Below are positions 47,921 to 64,000 of a stretch of 64,000 nt of DNA, in pieces. Position 1 is the stretch's first letter; every line of letters begins with the position of its first letter. Source of the stretch: the human T2T-CHM13v2.0 reference genome, Homo sapiens; NCBI RefSeq assembly GCF_009914755.1, contig NC_060937.1. The stretch is one strand, 5' to 3'. Position numbers and translations under genes: made by a program. The notes under the pieces are model-generated. The model worked only from the letters and a program-made list of their open reading frames with translations, ran no database searches and had not been told where the DNA came from.

Positions 47921-49459
47921 GGCGAAGGATCTGAGTAGATATCTCTCCAAAGAAGATATACAAATAGCCAATAAGCATATAAAAAGATGCTTAACATTAT
48001 TTAGCATCAGAAAAATGGAAAACAAAATTACAGTGATACCACTTCACACCCACTAGAACGGCTAAAATAAACAAGACAATAACAAGTGTCATCAAGGTTG
48101 TAGAGAGATGAGAATACTCATACCTTTCATGGTAGGAATGTAAAATGGTGCAGCCACTTTTCAGCAGTTTGACAGTTCCTCAAAAGGTCGAACAAACAGT
48201 TCTTATGGCCCAAGCCATTTCATTCCTAGGTATATACCCAAACCAAGAGAAATGAAACATACATATATGCACATAAAAAAACTATACATGAATAATCAAA
48301 ACATTATTAATAACAGCAATAATTTTGAAATGTGGGGAGGTTTTGAAATTATTTAAAATCAACTGATAAATGGATAAAATATACTATTTCCATACAATGG
48401 CATATTAATTGGTAATAAAAAGGAATGATACTGATACATGCTACCACGGGAATAAACCTCGAAAATGTTATGCTAAGTCAAAGAAGCCAGTCAAAGGAGA
48501 TCACATATTGTAAAATGATACCATTTATACAAAATGTTCACAACAGGCAAATCCATAAACACAGAGAGTAAATGCAGGTTAGGGAGATATGGGAAGAATG
48601 GGGAGTGACTGGTAGTAGATTTCTTTAGGGATGATAAAAATGAAAATTGTGGTGATAGTTGCCCAAACTCTTGCAAATACACTAAAAACTATTGAATTGT
48701 ACTCTTTAAGTGGGTAAACTGTTATGTGAATTAGATCTCAATAAAGCTATTATTAAAAATAGAATGTAGATTTCTTTATCCATTTCATACTAAAAGATAC
48801 ATAGTCACAGTAACTTTATAAATGGCCAAGGAAAGAATTCCCAAGACTCCTTATGCTCAAGTATAGAAACTCAACTTTCCTCACCAAAGGCACACATCAG
48901 TAGAAATGCATGCTATTCCTATTTTGCCAAGCACCCAGGTTCATCAAAATAAACTTATGAATTACTGTACCTAGTAAAGCACTCACTATCAGGGTTGGAA
49001 ACTGAATTATGGGAAGTTTCATACCTATTCTCTGGATGAGGCACTTTACAATCTAGTAACTGACAACAGTTCTTCAACATCAAACTGTTAGCCCACATGA
49101 CAGGTATATGACAGGGTACCAGGACTGTGTGATTTTACAGTAAAATGTAAAGAAGTTTCCCTTTGCTAATAAAACTGCCCACGACAAATTCCCTTTAGTT
49201 TTTCCCAATGATACCAAAAAGCCTTGCTTTGTGTTGGACTAATCTGCAATAGAGAACTCAACAATTTAACTGGTTCATATCCACACAACTGCATACAAGA
49301 AAATGTAATTATTACACCTTGCTGTATAGACAGTATCAAATCTCACTTAGGCATTAACAAATGAACACTCCCACATTCAATAAACTAAACACAAACCTAA
49401 GAAGCTGCAGAATACACACAATTTAAGTCACTCCAAGTGTATTAGTAAGAAAAGTGAGC

Positions 49460-49647
49460 TAGGGCAACACAGACCCCATTTCTACAAAAAAAATTTAAAA
49501 ATAAGCACCTGGGAGGCTTAAGGCAGGGCAATCACTTCAGCCTGGGAGGCCAAGGCTGTAGTGAGCCATCATCATGCCACTGCATTCCAGCCTGGGCAGC
49601 AGGGCAAGACCCTGTCTCGACAACAACAAAAAAAGAAAGCAACAAAG
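49460..49647 (+). mobile_element. Partial old Alu
   Basis: Linker and right-arm sequence with an A-rich tail. Confidence 0.8.
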
Positions 49648-49660
49648 GTGGCTTTAGTAC

Positions 49661-50016
<356 letters not shown>

Positions 50017-50906
50017 TAAAATCTAAACCTCTAAACCCAACTCATATCATTTACAATTCATAAGCAATCATTTATGTAAAAATCTACCTGGTAAGGCATA
50101 TGGCATTGTTCTTTATTGCCTGAAACAAAGTATTAGATATCAGACAAAGAAATCGTAATACCTAGTTCTTCATTAACCAAAAAAATTTTTGAAAAATACT
50201 GGTTCCCATTCACTGTTTATTCCTCCTACGAAGAAACACAGGAGTAAATTTAAGATAAATTTTTTGCTATATGCTACTAAGTCTACAAGTAATGCTGTAA
50301 TTCTGCAGCATCACAGAATCATTACAAGCTTAACATTTAGGGGAAAAAAAAACTGTTCCTGATAAAGAACACTTTAACCCACGAAGGTTAAGGACTTTTA
50401 AGGACTTAATTTCCAGTTTAATACTGCATCCATGGGGACCAGGTAGAAGCACTGTTTACATCACTGAGTCAGTTTTCAAAATATCATCATCCTGGTCAGT
50501 TTTGCTTTTACTCAGCTTTATAATCTGCTTGTCAAACAAATAACCTGCTAAGACTACAATGAAAATATTTTCATTACCACGAGTCTGGAAGAGTATTTTT
50601 ACAGAGGAAAATTGAGATGTCATGTCTGGGCAATCCCTTAAGCTAAATTTCTCACCTCTAATCACTGCCCTCTACAGTCAATAAGGCTGATGCCTTGTGC
50701 AGGAAAGGCCTCTGGATGGTCAAGCACACCACTGAGGAGAGTGAGTCCTCTCCCCTCCACTGAGGGCCTGCCCTGCCCACTTCTGGGGACGTGACAGAGG
50801 TCCCAGCCATCAGGATGAGCTGTACTCTACCTGCTGCCCCTCCCTGGGGACCAGATGCATGCATGTGACAGACCCACAGTGGCGCCCATCTGTAAAAACC
50901 AGTGGG

Positions 50907-51218
50907 AGCCAGCACTGTGGCTCACCCTGTAATCCCAGCCCTTTGGGAGGCTGAGGCAGGCGGATCACCTGAGGTCGGGAGTTCGAAACTAGCCTGGCCA
51001 ACATGATGAAACCCTGTCTGTACTAAAAATACAAATATTAGCCAGGCGTGGCATGGTGCGGTACACCTGTAGTCCCAACTACTTGGGAGGCGGAGGCAGG
51101 AGAATCGCTTGAACCTGGGAGGCGGAGGTTGCAGTGAACTCAGATCTCACCACCCTACTCCAACCTGGGCCACAGAGCGAGATTCCATCAAAAAAAAAAC
51201 AAAAAACAAAAAACAAAA
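50907..51218 (+). mobile_element. Alu
   Basis: Dimeric Alu with A-rich tail. Confidence 0.95.
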
Positions 51219-51364
51219 TGGTGGGGTCTGTTAAACATTTGCCACACAAGCTGTACAACCTCAAACAAGGTAGGGTCCTCTACCTCTCTGGGTCTCCATT
51301 TCCTGACCTGTAAAATGTTGATGATACTTACACCATGAAAGGCTACTGTAAGAATAAAATAATG

Positions 51365-51853
<489 letters not shown>

Positions 51854-51859
51854 TGAATA

Positions 51860-52070
51860 AACTACTGTAATTATAAACAGTGACTTTTCCTGAATACTAT
51901 GCGCTAGGTACTGTTCTTTAGGCACCTTACCATGTATTATTAATTTATGTAGCTCTCATAACAACCCTTGATCATTATTGCACCAACTTACAAATGAGGA
52001 AACTGAGGCATGAAGATTAAGAACTTCATTCACAAGTGGAGGAAGGTTGGATTCAAACTTGACAGAAAGA
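51860..52070. mobile_element. MIR
   Basis: tactatgcgctaggtactgttct...ctcataacaacccttg...acaaatgaggaaactgaggca. Confidence 0.75.
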
Positions 52071-52138
52071 TACCCCAACTCAACACTGTGACAGCCTTTC
52101 TGGTGGCAGTGGCAATTGATCCCATGTAAAAAGCTTAT

Positions 52139-52496
<358 letters not shown>

Positions 52497-52579
52497 CTAT
52501 CAAATTTTAACCAACTCAAAAAATGTCAGCCTTCTATTTTCTGCTTTCTATATATAATCTGTACTTCACCAAAGTAATG

Positions 52580-52820
52580 ATAATAATAGCTACCATTTAT
52601 AAAACACTTCCTACACAGCAAACGCTACTCTAGAACACATTTTATGTTTTGTTCAATTCTCACAACAACCTATAAGAGTTACTATTTACATTCTTCACAC
52701 GAGTAAAGAGCAGCACAGGAGGTCAACTGCCCAAGTGATAAAGTTGGTAAGCACTGAAGGCAGAACTCCACCCAGGCAGTGTGACCGGCAAACCGAAGCA
52801 CTTACGCACTCTACTATACT
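52580..52820. mobile_element. MIR
   Basis: aataatagctaccatttat...tctcacaacaaccta...actgcccaag...cccaggcagtgtgac. Confidence 0.75.
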
Positions 52821-53887
52821 GACTTCCTCAGCAACTACTCACTTTATGGGAATAACTGGTTATTTAGATAAGCAATACTATACAGAACTGCAGAAAAAGT
52901 TCATGTTTATCTGTATTACAGATGAGACTAAGATACTGGAGGCACCACACTTAGGGTCATTTGCAAGCTGTAGTACACATTTTACTGCCAACAGTCCACT
53001 ACTGAGTTAACAGTGATATGTCTACCCACTTAAAAGTTTTTGTATTTTAAAAAATTCTTGAAATTTGGTTTTTCTGTCAGTAGACTTCAGTGGCAGAAAG
53101 GCTGGAATGCTGTGAAGGTTCTTTCTGTTTCTAAATTTAGGAACAGCAAGGATTGGTTTAGGGTCAGTTTAGTACAATGACAGCAGTGAACCAGATCATT
53201 TAATTTAAGGACCTAGTAATTTAAAAGGATGCACTAGAAAAACATGTCAAGCCAGATGAGAACCTCTGGCATCACCATCATCACCATAAGGAGATAACTT
53301 ATAGAGGAACGTTGAAGTGATGTAAGGAAGACATTATATGAAAGAATACATTTTTGCTTCTCCAACAAAAAAAAAAGCTAAAATTTGTCATTTTTAAATG
53401 TCTGTTTCATTCCCATTGTGTGTGAGAAACTAAATATTAAGATGTTTCCTGGGACCAGAAAGGAAAAGTAAATAGAATTCTGCCCTTAAAAGCTTACAGT
53501 CCAATGAGATTTGGGGGCGAGAGACTAACTCACAAAAAGTTCCAAGAGAGAGCACACCTGTTAAGGGGGGAATCAAAGGAAACAGAGAAATCCCATTCAA
53601 TTGGGGAGGAAATCAAGACAACAAGCTTCACAAAAAAGGCAGCAAAATAGGCAGTCTGGGAGGAGGAGGAGGGGGCCTAAGGTTTCAGAAGGTGGCAATG
53701 GTCCTAGGAAAATACATGCCCACTCACGACAGTGGTGAGAAGTGGTCATCAGAAGGATGGGCACTGTATTCATACTGTGATGAGGCACTGAAGGCAGTAG
53801 AAACTTCAGACCATCACTGGAAGTTCTGAAATGGAAGGAAGGGGGGCAGGGCAGCGCACCACCTCTGTAACTCCAGAACAGTCACTA

Positions 53888-54192
<305 letters not shown>

Positions 54193-54527
54193 AACAGTTA
54201 CTAAGACAATGAAAAGGGAAGCAGGGATATGGAGAAGGTTCAAGAGCCAGCAGAGTGACTCATCTCTTCAGAGGTCACAAGCCTCAGGGCTGATGGAATA
54301 GGAGGTCAGACCCTCTGACAGTCTAACCCTGCTTGGCCCTACCACAGGGTCGCCTGTCAGTAGTCCAGAGCCCTACACGTCATTCTTCTAGTTTTAGGTG
54401 CAGTAAATAAAAACACTAGTAACTAAGTTAGGAATTCTCTCAGTTTTTTATTCCAATAGTTCAAAATCACTCACTAAGCAACAAAGGCATTTTCATGCAG
54501 GAAAAAAATAAACTAATTTTGTCTAGA

Positions 54528-54756
54528 GCAGGGAGGGTTTCACAACTTCAGCACTACTGACACACATAGTGGCCAGCACTACTGGTCAGATAATTCTCTG
54601 TTATGGGAGGTCGGTCCTGTGCTTTGCACGGTGTTTAGCAGCACCCCTGATCTCTAATCACTAGATGCCAGTAGCAACACATCCCCACCCAAGCTGTGAC
54701 AACAAAAGATGTTTCTTGAATTGCCAAATGTCAGAGGGACCAGCTGAGAACCACTA
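54528..54756. mobile_element. MER20 hAT-Charlie element
   Basis: cagcactactgac...gataattctctgttatggg...gtttagcagcacccctg...cactagatgccagtagca...tgagaaccact. Confidence 0.85.
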
Positions 54757-55601
54757 GCCCAGTCTTTAGCAGAGGAAGAATTTAGACCTAATTAGAAGTT
54801 TTTTCCTTTCTCCCTTCTATCTGAAAAATCTTCGAAAATAAAACGACTGAGAACGGGAGAGAGCAACCTTTGCCTTATGTGGCAAACCCAATCCCTCAAT
54901 CCTCACGACAATCTTAGCAAGTGCTATCCTCATTATACATGTGAGAAAACCTATCCTTAAATGTTAATTTGTCCAAGGTTAAGTTAAACAAGCTTGAACG
55001 GATTTGTGACAATACTCAAGGTTCTAAACACTACAGAACCTCTGCCCCCACAGGGCCATAGATTCCACTCCTTGAATAAAACAAACATTAAAAACTCTAG
55101 ATAATCCTACACTAAAATAGCACAAATCCTGTCCATCTATTAGGAACCAATTACTCAAGAAAAAGCTAAAGGGCCACACACTTCATGCAAGCATCATATG
55201 TAAAGGGAATTAAAAGAATTGCTTTAGGTCACTGTGATTTCTTTTAAAGGATAAGGAAAGGGAAAGGGAGGGACGATGAACATTATTTGGAAGCAGAGTC
55301 CTAAGCCAAGCAATGTCTGGCTCTGAAGGTAGCCCTGGTTACCACTGCCTCTGAACTACACTACACTCTCTCTCTCTAAGTATCGTCCAAAGCAAAACCA
55401 AAAGACTTTCTCAATGAGGGCGCTCCTGGGCGCTATTCTGCTCATCTGATGATCCAGTTAGAAGGGCGGCTTTAGCATCCCCCAAGCCCTGAGTCTCAGG
55501 ACCTCAGTCTGGAGCAGGTCACTTCGCTTCTCTTCACCTCAGTTTCCTGTGCATGCAATAGAGACAGTACCTAATGGGAAGGACTGACCTGTTCTTAGTA
55601 A

Positions 55602-56166
<565 letters not shown>

Positions 56167-56682
56167 TAGGGGGTGACAGAGCCAACAGTGAAGCCAACTA
56201 AATAGAGCCTTCCTATCCATCTGGTGAGGAAACCACAGGCAACTCCTCTTCACCACACCCTGAGCCACGACAGGGTTACTTGGTCAACTCCTCCCAACCG
56301 CTCATTAATCATCACCACAAACACACCTGAATTATTCTCCTTAGAGAACAATTCACTAATACTTTGACATAAATCTCATTATATCTCATTATATATATCA
56401 TATATATATATATCATTATATATTTTTCATCTTTAAGAGTCTAGTTAACTAGCTGGATGAGCCAGTAAGACTTCTACCATAGGATTGTCAGTATGTGCAT
56501 TAATTGTTTAGATTCTGTTAATTAACTGATTATTTAGCCGTTAATTTTATTTTACTTTAGTATTTCCAGTTTCAAATTTAAGTCCTAGTTTTTTTCTCCA
56601 AAATTCCAAAGATAATTATTCTCTTTGCTGTAGCAAACTGAAGTGATTAAGAGTCACAGACCTAGGTTAAAAACCCACTGAC

Positions 56683-56988
56683 AGCTGGGTGCGGTGGCTC
56701 ACACCTGTAATCCCAGCAACTTTGGGAGGCCGAAGCAGGCAGATCACTTGAGGTCAGGAGTTCAAGACCAGCCTGGCCAACATGGTAAAACCCTATCTCC
56801 ACTAAAAATGTAAAAATTAGCAGGGCATGGTGGCGCATACTTGTAATCCCAGCTACTTGGGAGGCTGAGGTGAGAGGACCACTTGAACCTAGGAGGCAGA
56901 GGTTGCAGTGAACCAAGATCACACCATTGCACTCCAGCCTGGGAGACACAGCAATACTCCATCTCAAAAAATAAATAAATAAATAAAT
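56683..56988 (+). mobile_element. Alu inserted within a MIR (~56640-57170)
   Basis: Alu consensus; MIR core gtgtctcagtttcctcatatacaaattgggga resumes after it. Confidence 0.92.
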
Positions 56989-57616
56989 ACACATTGGCAT
57001 CTTGAGTCCATTTACTGTGTAACATTCAAGAAATTACTCAACTTCGTGTCTCAGTTTCCTCATATACAAATTGGGGATAGTGGGAATATCTACATTATAT
57101 GTTTATGAGACTAAAATAAAAGGCATTTATAGCAGTGCCTGCCACAGTAAGCACACAATAAATATCAGCTTCTTTTTTGTAGCTAGTGTAACTTCACTGC
57201 TTTGAAAAACAGGTCTAATTCTATAGATTTTTTTCACATTCTTAAGAAGTGCTAGGATATGTAGCAGATGCAACCAAACCCCAATCTAGACATACAGTCA
57301 GCGAATGTCCTCTCAAAAAATGGGCATTCCCTCAACCAGTGTACTTCCCTCAATCAGTCTGTCTTCACTTTTGCACCGGCAACTATACTCCAAAAAGGTA
57401 TCTCTCATGCCTGTCACCACATATAAATGTAAATTTCAGTTTCAGTGGAAATTTACATCTATACATCCAGACTATCAGATGACAGATATAAGCTTGGCAA
57501 ACTTACCCTTTGGAATCCTAACATGATCAGCTCAGTCCTGTCTCACTGCCTATCCCATAAAAGACCCTCTAAAGTTTAATTCCAGCCCTCTGTTCTTCCC
57601 TTTAACAGCATAAATA

Positions 57617-57910
57617 GGCTGGGCAGGGTGGCTCATGCCTGTAATCCCAGGACTCTGGAAGGCCAAGGCAGGTAGATTGCCTGAGCTCAGGAGTTCGAAA
57701 CCAGCCTGGGCAACATGGCAAAACACCGTCTCTACCAAAAATACAAAAAAGTAGTCTACCATGGTGGCGTGCACCTGTGTCCGAGCTACTTCAGAGGCTG
57801 AAGTGGGAGGACTGCTTGAGCCTAGAAGGTGAAGCCGAGACTGTGCCACTACACTTCAACCTGGATGAGACAGAGTGAGATCCTCTCCCAAAAATAAAAA
57901 ATACAAATAA
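57617..57910 (+). mobile_element. Alu (AluJ-like)
   Basis: Diverged dimeric Alu. Confidence 0.9.
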
Positions 57911-58026
57911 TCTCAAGTTTGACTTGCTTGAATCCAAAATTCTCTCAAGGAGGAGAGCCTGAAAACCACAAACAGCATTTTCATTTCAAAATTGTTAATG
58001 TTTCTATTAAAAGTGTTTGTTACTTA

Positions 58027-58435
<409 letters not shown>

Positions 58436-60780
58436 CTATACAGTAGAGCCTAAGATACTTCACATAATTGAAATCAGTTGATATACAATTTTATATTCCA
58501 CTTTCTCATGCTGCCAGGTTATTTCCCCATCCCATCAGAAGTTCTTCCAAAGCACAAAAACAATATAAGTCTGCCAGAGCACCCTTATCAAACTTGCTAC
58601 ACAATTACTAGGAATGCTAGGAAAGATAGGTCTAAAGGTTTTGATTCTTTCTTTGGTTCTGATCTTATGTTTTTATGTAAAAATATTCCATATAATCCTA
58701 ATGTCCGTAATTTAAAAAAAAAAGAAAAAGAAAACCCCAGAATCTCAGGTGTGCTAAGCTTTAAGTCCAAGTATTTTGGCTAATGCTATTGCTGTATAAT
58801 ACAGCATAATTACACAGCTCCTTCCTTTGAGCACCTCAACTTGTCCTACAAGTACTTCCCAGCAGTATCATTATCCCCATTTTACAGATGACGATGCTAG
58901 TACCGCAGTGATGTGACTTGTCTAAATAGGAATTATCTGGTTACCAATGCAGAAACAGAACCAAAAACTCCTAATATTTACTGCAAAATTACAGATCTAA
59001 GTTAGGCTCATGAGTGCATTATAAAGAGCAAATGCTAGAGGGAATTCTGATCATTCTGACGTGACCCCAACGTGAGTTTTGGAATACTGTAGTGATCTAA
59101 AGACATCCTCCCAGGGCATGCCAGTAAATATATCTAACCAGCACCTTTTGTCCAGTGATCTCGAAGCAAGTTTTGCAGACACTAGCACTGGATGGCCCAT
59201 TATCATGCTCCAAAATTACAGGTGGGAAAACTGAGACAAAGGAAATTGAAACACATGTCCCCAACAATCTGCGATTAGCACAGGACTAGACTCCTCCTCT
59301 CACCTCACCGCACCCCAAGGGGAGCCAAGTAGGCAAAGCTTCCATGTGGACTGACAAGGAGAGTGAGGACTTTACTGCCTCTAACAGAAAGGAAAAATTT
59401 ACTAGGAGAGAAAAGTAGGGTGGGAGAATGAAAGGAGGACCGATTAGAAGCCAGAGATAGAGTAAAAGCCAAATCTAACCAGAGCCAGAGAAAAAAAATC
59501 ACAATGTTAAGACCTGCACGTGAGTCCGGTGGGATATACCAGGTCACACATACAATGATGGCTCAGGAACTTCTAAAGTGTTTTTCAGGAGCTTAGAGGC
59601 CTTGGTATTGGACATCCCAGTTATACAATTCCCGGTTTGATTGGGTCAAACCTCTAAACTCTCAACATATAAAATGTCTTTGGGATTATTCACCCAAAAC
59701 ACAGAGAATGGCAGTATTCTCTCCCATCCTCATTCAAGCACAAAAGCGAAACCACCCTGAGAATTTAACTCCTTTTACTAATGTTAAGAGACTTCTCCAT
59801 CCAGTCCATGGTCTCATATTCTCTAAGCCAGAAGTTAAAATTAAGAACTTCAGAATGTGAAGGCAGCCAACACTACTCATCTCAAAGTTACTAATCTTAG
59901 CATTCAACACAGATGAGGCAGGAAGGCTGCAGAATTTGCTAAACCAGACTAAACCAGACTACTGCTGGCGACAGAGTCGAGACAACACTGAAAACACAAA
60001 GGCATTTAGCTCAATGACAACAGCTGGTGACATGCACATCTAGAATACTGAAATGGCTATGACTTCTTACCTCACACCTTGGTATTTCTGCATGAGTTTG
60101 TAGTTCTCTCCTCCCAAAAGTCAAATATGAGTTAATGACATGTCACAGTAGGAAAAGGATTGGGTAGGTGCAGTTTCAGTGGAAATTTACATCTATATAT
60201 CCAGACTATCAGCTGCCAGAAAAACTGTTTCCCTCCCCTTCCCTGCTCATTTTAAAGGTCCTATTTACCAGAACACTATGAAGGTAGTAAAACTATGGTA
60301 AGACAAACACATACTTACATATTTTCAGTTTAAAAGGTGAAAGTACACAGAGGTAACTTCCATTTAGCTCACTCCCCTAAGTCATTCTCCTTGTGGATTT
60401 CCTCTTTACAGGCCTTAAGGTGACTTGCATCATGTTCACGCCCAGGGTGAAGTGTATCATCACCACCTGCAAATATTTCTAAATGGGATCAGTTCTATTA
60501 ATAACAATGACTATTTCTAAAGGCAGTAATAAGTAAAACAGGGTTGTTGTAGCAAACTTAAAACTCACACCAGCAACCAGCAATGACCTTTAAAGAAACT
60601 TTTCATCTAATTAAAGTTAGAGAAATTTATTCAAGTCAAATATTTTAAATGAGGGGGCCGAAAATGAGAAGGAAAGCAAAGAAGAGATGAAAAACTAGGG
60701 AAGGGGAGTAGGAAGTGATCAAAAAGTACTCATTTTTAATATCAGCCATTTAGATGTGCACCCTCAAAAGTCATGGCACT

Positions 60781-61060
60781 GGCCGGGTGCAGTGGCTGAC
60801 ACCTGTAATCCCAGCACTTTGGGAGGCCAAGGCAGCTGGAGTTTGAGACCAGCCTGACAAACATGGAGAAATCCTGTCTCTACTAAAAATACAAAACTAG
60901 CCGGGCATGGTGGCGCTTGCTGTAATCCCAGCTACTCCGGTGAGGCTGAGGCAGGAGAATTGCTTGAACCCAAGAGGCAGAGGTTGTGATGAGCCTAGAT
61001 CACGCCACTGCACTCTAGCCTGGGCAACAAGAGGGAAACTCCGTCTCAAAAAAAAAAAAA
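60781..61060 (+). mobile_element. Alu
   Basis: TSD aaaagtcatggcact. Confidence 0.95.
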
Positions 61061-61272
61061 AAAGTCATGGCACTCTCCATTTAGTGAATAATTGAGAACA
61101 GAACAGATAGACTCCCCACAATCTACAATTTTAATTAGTCTATGATGGATATCAGCCTTAGATGGGAAATAAAAAAATTAATGAACAAAAAGCAAGCCTA
61201 TTAATTGATTATTTGAGGGGTGTGAAGGAATTGTGGTTTTCTTTTTTAAAGCAAAAGTTGACTTCTGTGACC

Positions 61273-61466
61273 TTTTTTTTTTTTTTTTTGAGATGGAGTC
61301 TCGCTCTGTCATCCAGGCTGGAGTGCTAATTTTTGTATTTTTACTAGAGATGGGGTTTCACCATATTGGCCAGGCTGGTCTCAAACTCCTGACTTTGTGA
61401 TCTGCCCACCTCAGCCTCCCAAAGTGCTGGGATTACAAGTGTTGGTGCCGTGAGCTGCGCCCAGCC
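61273..61466 (-). mobile_element. Alu with most of the right arm deleted
   Basis: caggctggagt joined directly to gctaatttttg; TSD ctgtgac. Confidence 0.9.
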
Positions 61467-61566
61467 AACTACTGTGACTTCTAAAAGGTGAATATTATAA
61501 AATTCTAGCTTAACCAATTTCCCTCCGCTTCATCGAATTTTGGACATTTGAACTTCATAACAATTC

Positions 61567-61873
61567 ATTTTTGTTTTGTTTCGTTTTGTTTTGAGACGGA
61601 GTCTGGCTCTGTCTCCAGGGTGGAGTGCAGTGGCGCAATCTCAGCTCACTACAACCACCGCCTCCCGGGTTAATGAGATTCCCCTGCTTCAGCCTCCCAA
61701 GTAGCCGGGATTACAGACATGTGCCACCACGCCCAGCTAATTTTTTGTATTTTAGTAAAGACAGGGTTTCACCATGTCGGCCAGGGTGGTCTCGATCTCC
61801 TGACCTCAAGTGATCCACCTGCCTCAGCCTCCCAAAATGCTGGGATTACAGGCGTGAGCCACCGCGCCCGGCC
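61567..61873 (-). mobile_element. Alu
   Basis: TSD tgaacttc(a/g)taacaattc. Confidence 0.95.
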
Positions 61874-62340
61874 TGAACTTCGTAACAATTCAAAAGGGAT
61901 GTTGGGGCCCAGGACACACTACCCCAAAATATGACTGTAGGAGATCAGAATATGCCACCCCAAAATATACTTCCTTGGCATATTTTGAGCTGGTTATTCT
62001 GTGAAACTGCAGACACCAGAGTAGACAAGAAAAGCTGTCCTTTTGTAAAAGAAATTTGCATCCATAAAGGAAGTCTACATTAGTAAAGTATCTGTACTAG
62101 GATTAGGACTGCTCCAGACAACTTTTATTACCTGAGAGACTTTATCCCCAAGAGCAAGACAATCTTTATTCACCATATAATTCTTCCCCTCATCCTCCTT
62201 TAACTTGTGTGGCCACCACCCCACCAAAAACCTCAAACCCTAATTCTTTTCTTAGCTCAGTATACAATATAAGCTTCAATCATGCAACCTGCATTACATT
62301 TTGTGGGACTCTTGTGCAAACATAAGTATAAATAAAATGA

Positions 62341-62724
<384 letters not shown>

Positions 62725-62767
62725 TAGAAGGATGGGGGGAAGCCATTTTTCCCTGCTATATAGCTTC

Positions 62768-62785
62768 TGGTGCCCAATGTGGAGC
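62768..62785 (+). other. Retroviral primer-binding site, tRNA-Lys(CUU)-like
   Basis: TGGTGCCCAATGTGGAGC vs TGGCGCCCAACGTGGGGC: 15/18, with two of the mismatches being CpG decay. Confidence 0.7.
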
Positions 62786-64000
62786 ATCCTTCACTGGCTG
62801 GAACACTACTAGCTCCAGGACTGTTCCAGCTGCAGGATCCTGAGACCCTGACAAAACGCCAGCTGTAGCTAAGACTTTTTACCACATTGGGCTCCCACAT
62901 CTATGCCTGCAGAGTCTGGTCAAAGCAAGAGTGGTAAGAGTCTCTTTGTCTTTTCCCCTTTATCTGTATAATCCCCATTAACTTATAGCTGAGGATGCTC
63001 TATAAGTTTCAATCATCTGACTCTTCTTCGAGTCACCAGTGCATAAGAAAATACAATTTTTTTTTTATCTTGTTAGTCTGCCTTATGTCAATTTAATTAT
63101 TGGCTCAGTCAAAGAACCTACAGTAGAGGAAAGCCATATTGTGTTCCCCTACAGGGATAATTATTGATGGAGGTGCTGATTACATTCAGGAAACAGAAGC
63201 ACACTCATAAACTTTTAGTTGGTAGCAACAGAACACTCCCTTCCTCAGGTCAAAATACACACCGGCTAAGAGTTCCCTTTTGTAGCTCTTCCCAACTGTT
63301 GATACTCTGTACTGATAATACTAGTAAAGGCATCACAAAAAGTTCTTTCCACCATGTATACTTAGATGCAAAACAGTTCAAAAACCCAAAAATGTCAAAC
63401 TAGTCAAAAAATAAATCCAAATTAAAAAATGCAAAAACTAAATATGATTGTTAGCATTTTCTTATTATTGTGCACTATTTTCATAGGCTCAGGCTTCCAT
63501 AAAAAGCATGTGCATTCAACTATACACAGCAGAAATAAAATCATTAATACTTTCTTAGTGCATTCCAATTTTACTTTTTTCCTGTCTTCCTCTGCCGAAG
63601 GAGCCAAAATGTGTATTTCCCCACACTATCACAGGAAACAAAACAAGGGAATTCCACCTAAATTGAAGGATGTCAAATTCCCAGGCATAGCCAAGCAGGA
63701 TGTCAAAGGTCATGCCCCATATCTGACCAGCCCAAAATACTATTAATATATTTATAGCTAGAATGAATAACCATAAATCCAAAAGCTTTAGCCTGATGAA
63801 AGATAGAAGGGGCATTAAAAATTAAGTTTTCTAAGCCTACATGGATATGCTGTCCTAGTAACATTCAGGTTCATTTGCACAATAAACATGATCTAACAAG
63901 TCATTATGCTCTAATCAACAGCCGTTGATGTGATGTGCCTTGTGCAGGTCTGCGGGAAAGTGGCTGCTAACTTGTTTCAGGCCAGAGTAACAAGATAGCA

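Noticed and set aside
50456-50545. Minus-strand exon-like stretch GYLFDKQIIKLSKSKTDQDDDILKTDSV
   Set aside because: The acceptor is plausible, but the donor is weak (GTAAAC) and I do not recognise the peptide.
56372-56425. AT-rich quasi-palindromic tract
   Set aside because: Ordinary (TA)n low-complexity sequence, too short to be a PATRR-type element.
63429-63746. 105-aa ORF with a hydrophobic, signal-peptide-like start
   Set aside because: AT-rich sequence with no recognisable homology, splice or promoter support; this length is expected by chance.

Overview
This is primate, most likely human, genomic DNA. It is Alu-dense, has no CpG island and contains no convincing intact protein-coding exon. 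It reads as the interior of a large intron. The A-run-rich + strand and the + orientation of the main L1, the LTR element and the retrocopy suggest a host gene transcribed on the - strand. The one clear gene-derived feature is an intronless processed pseudogene of the RING-H2 E3 ligase RNF6 (~33423-37381, +), disrupted by frameshifts, stops and two Alu insertions. From memory only, and not verifiable here, this may be the locus annotated RLIMP1 in FOXO1 intron 1. The rest is about 30 Alus, nested L1s, L2/MIR/CR1 relics, DNA-transposon fossils (MER5, MER20, MER44, Tigger4-like), an MLT1 LTR and a collapsed MER34/MER39-type ERV1 provirus. I found no prokaryotic-type or otherwise new multi-gene system. 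The most unusual signals are local templated duplications (9032-9240 copied into an L1 fragment at 10553-10752; 57437-57486 repeated at 60171-60220), a TSD-less Alu associated with a deletion, a polyadenylated LTR fragment and a tandem pair of perfect CArG boxes. Repeat subfamily names come from visual recall of consensus sequences, and boundaries are approximate.
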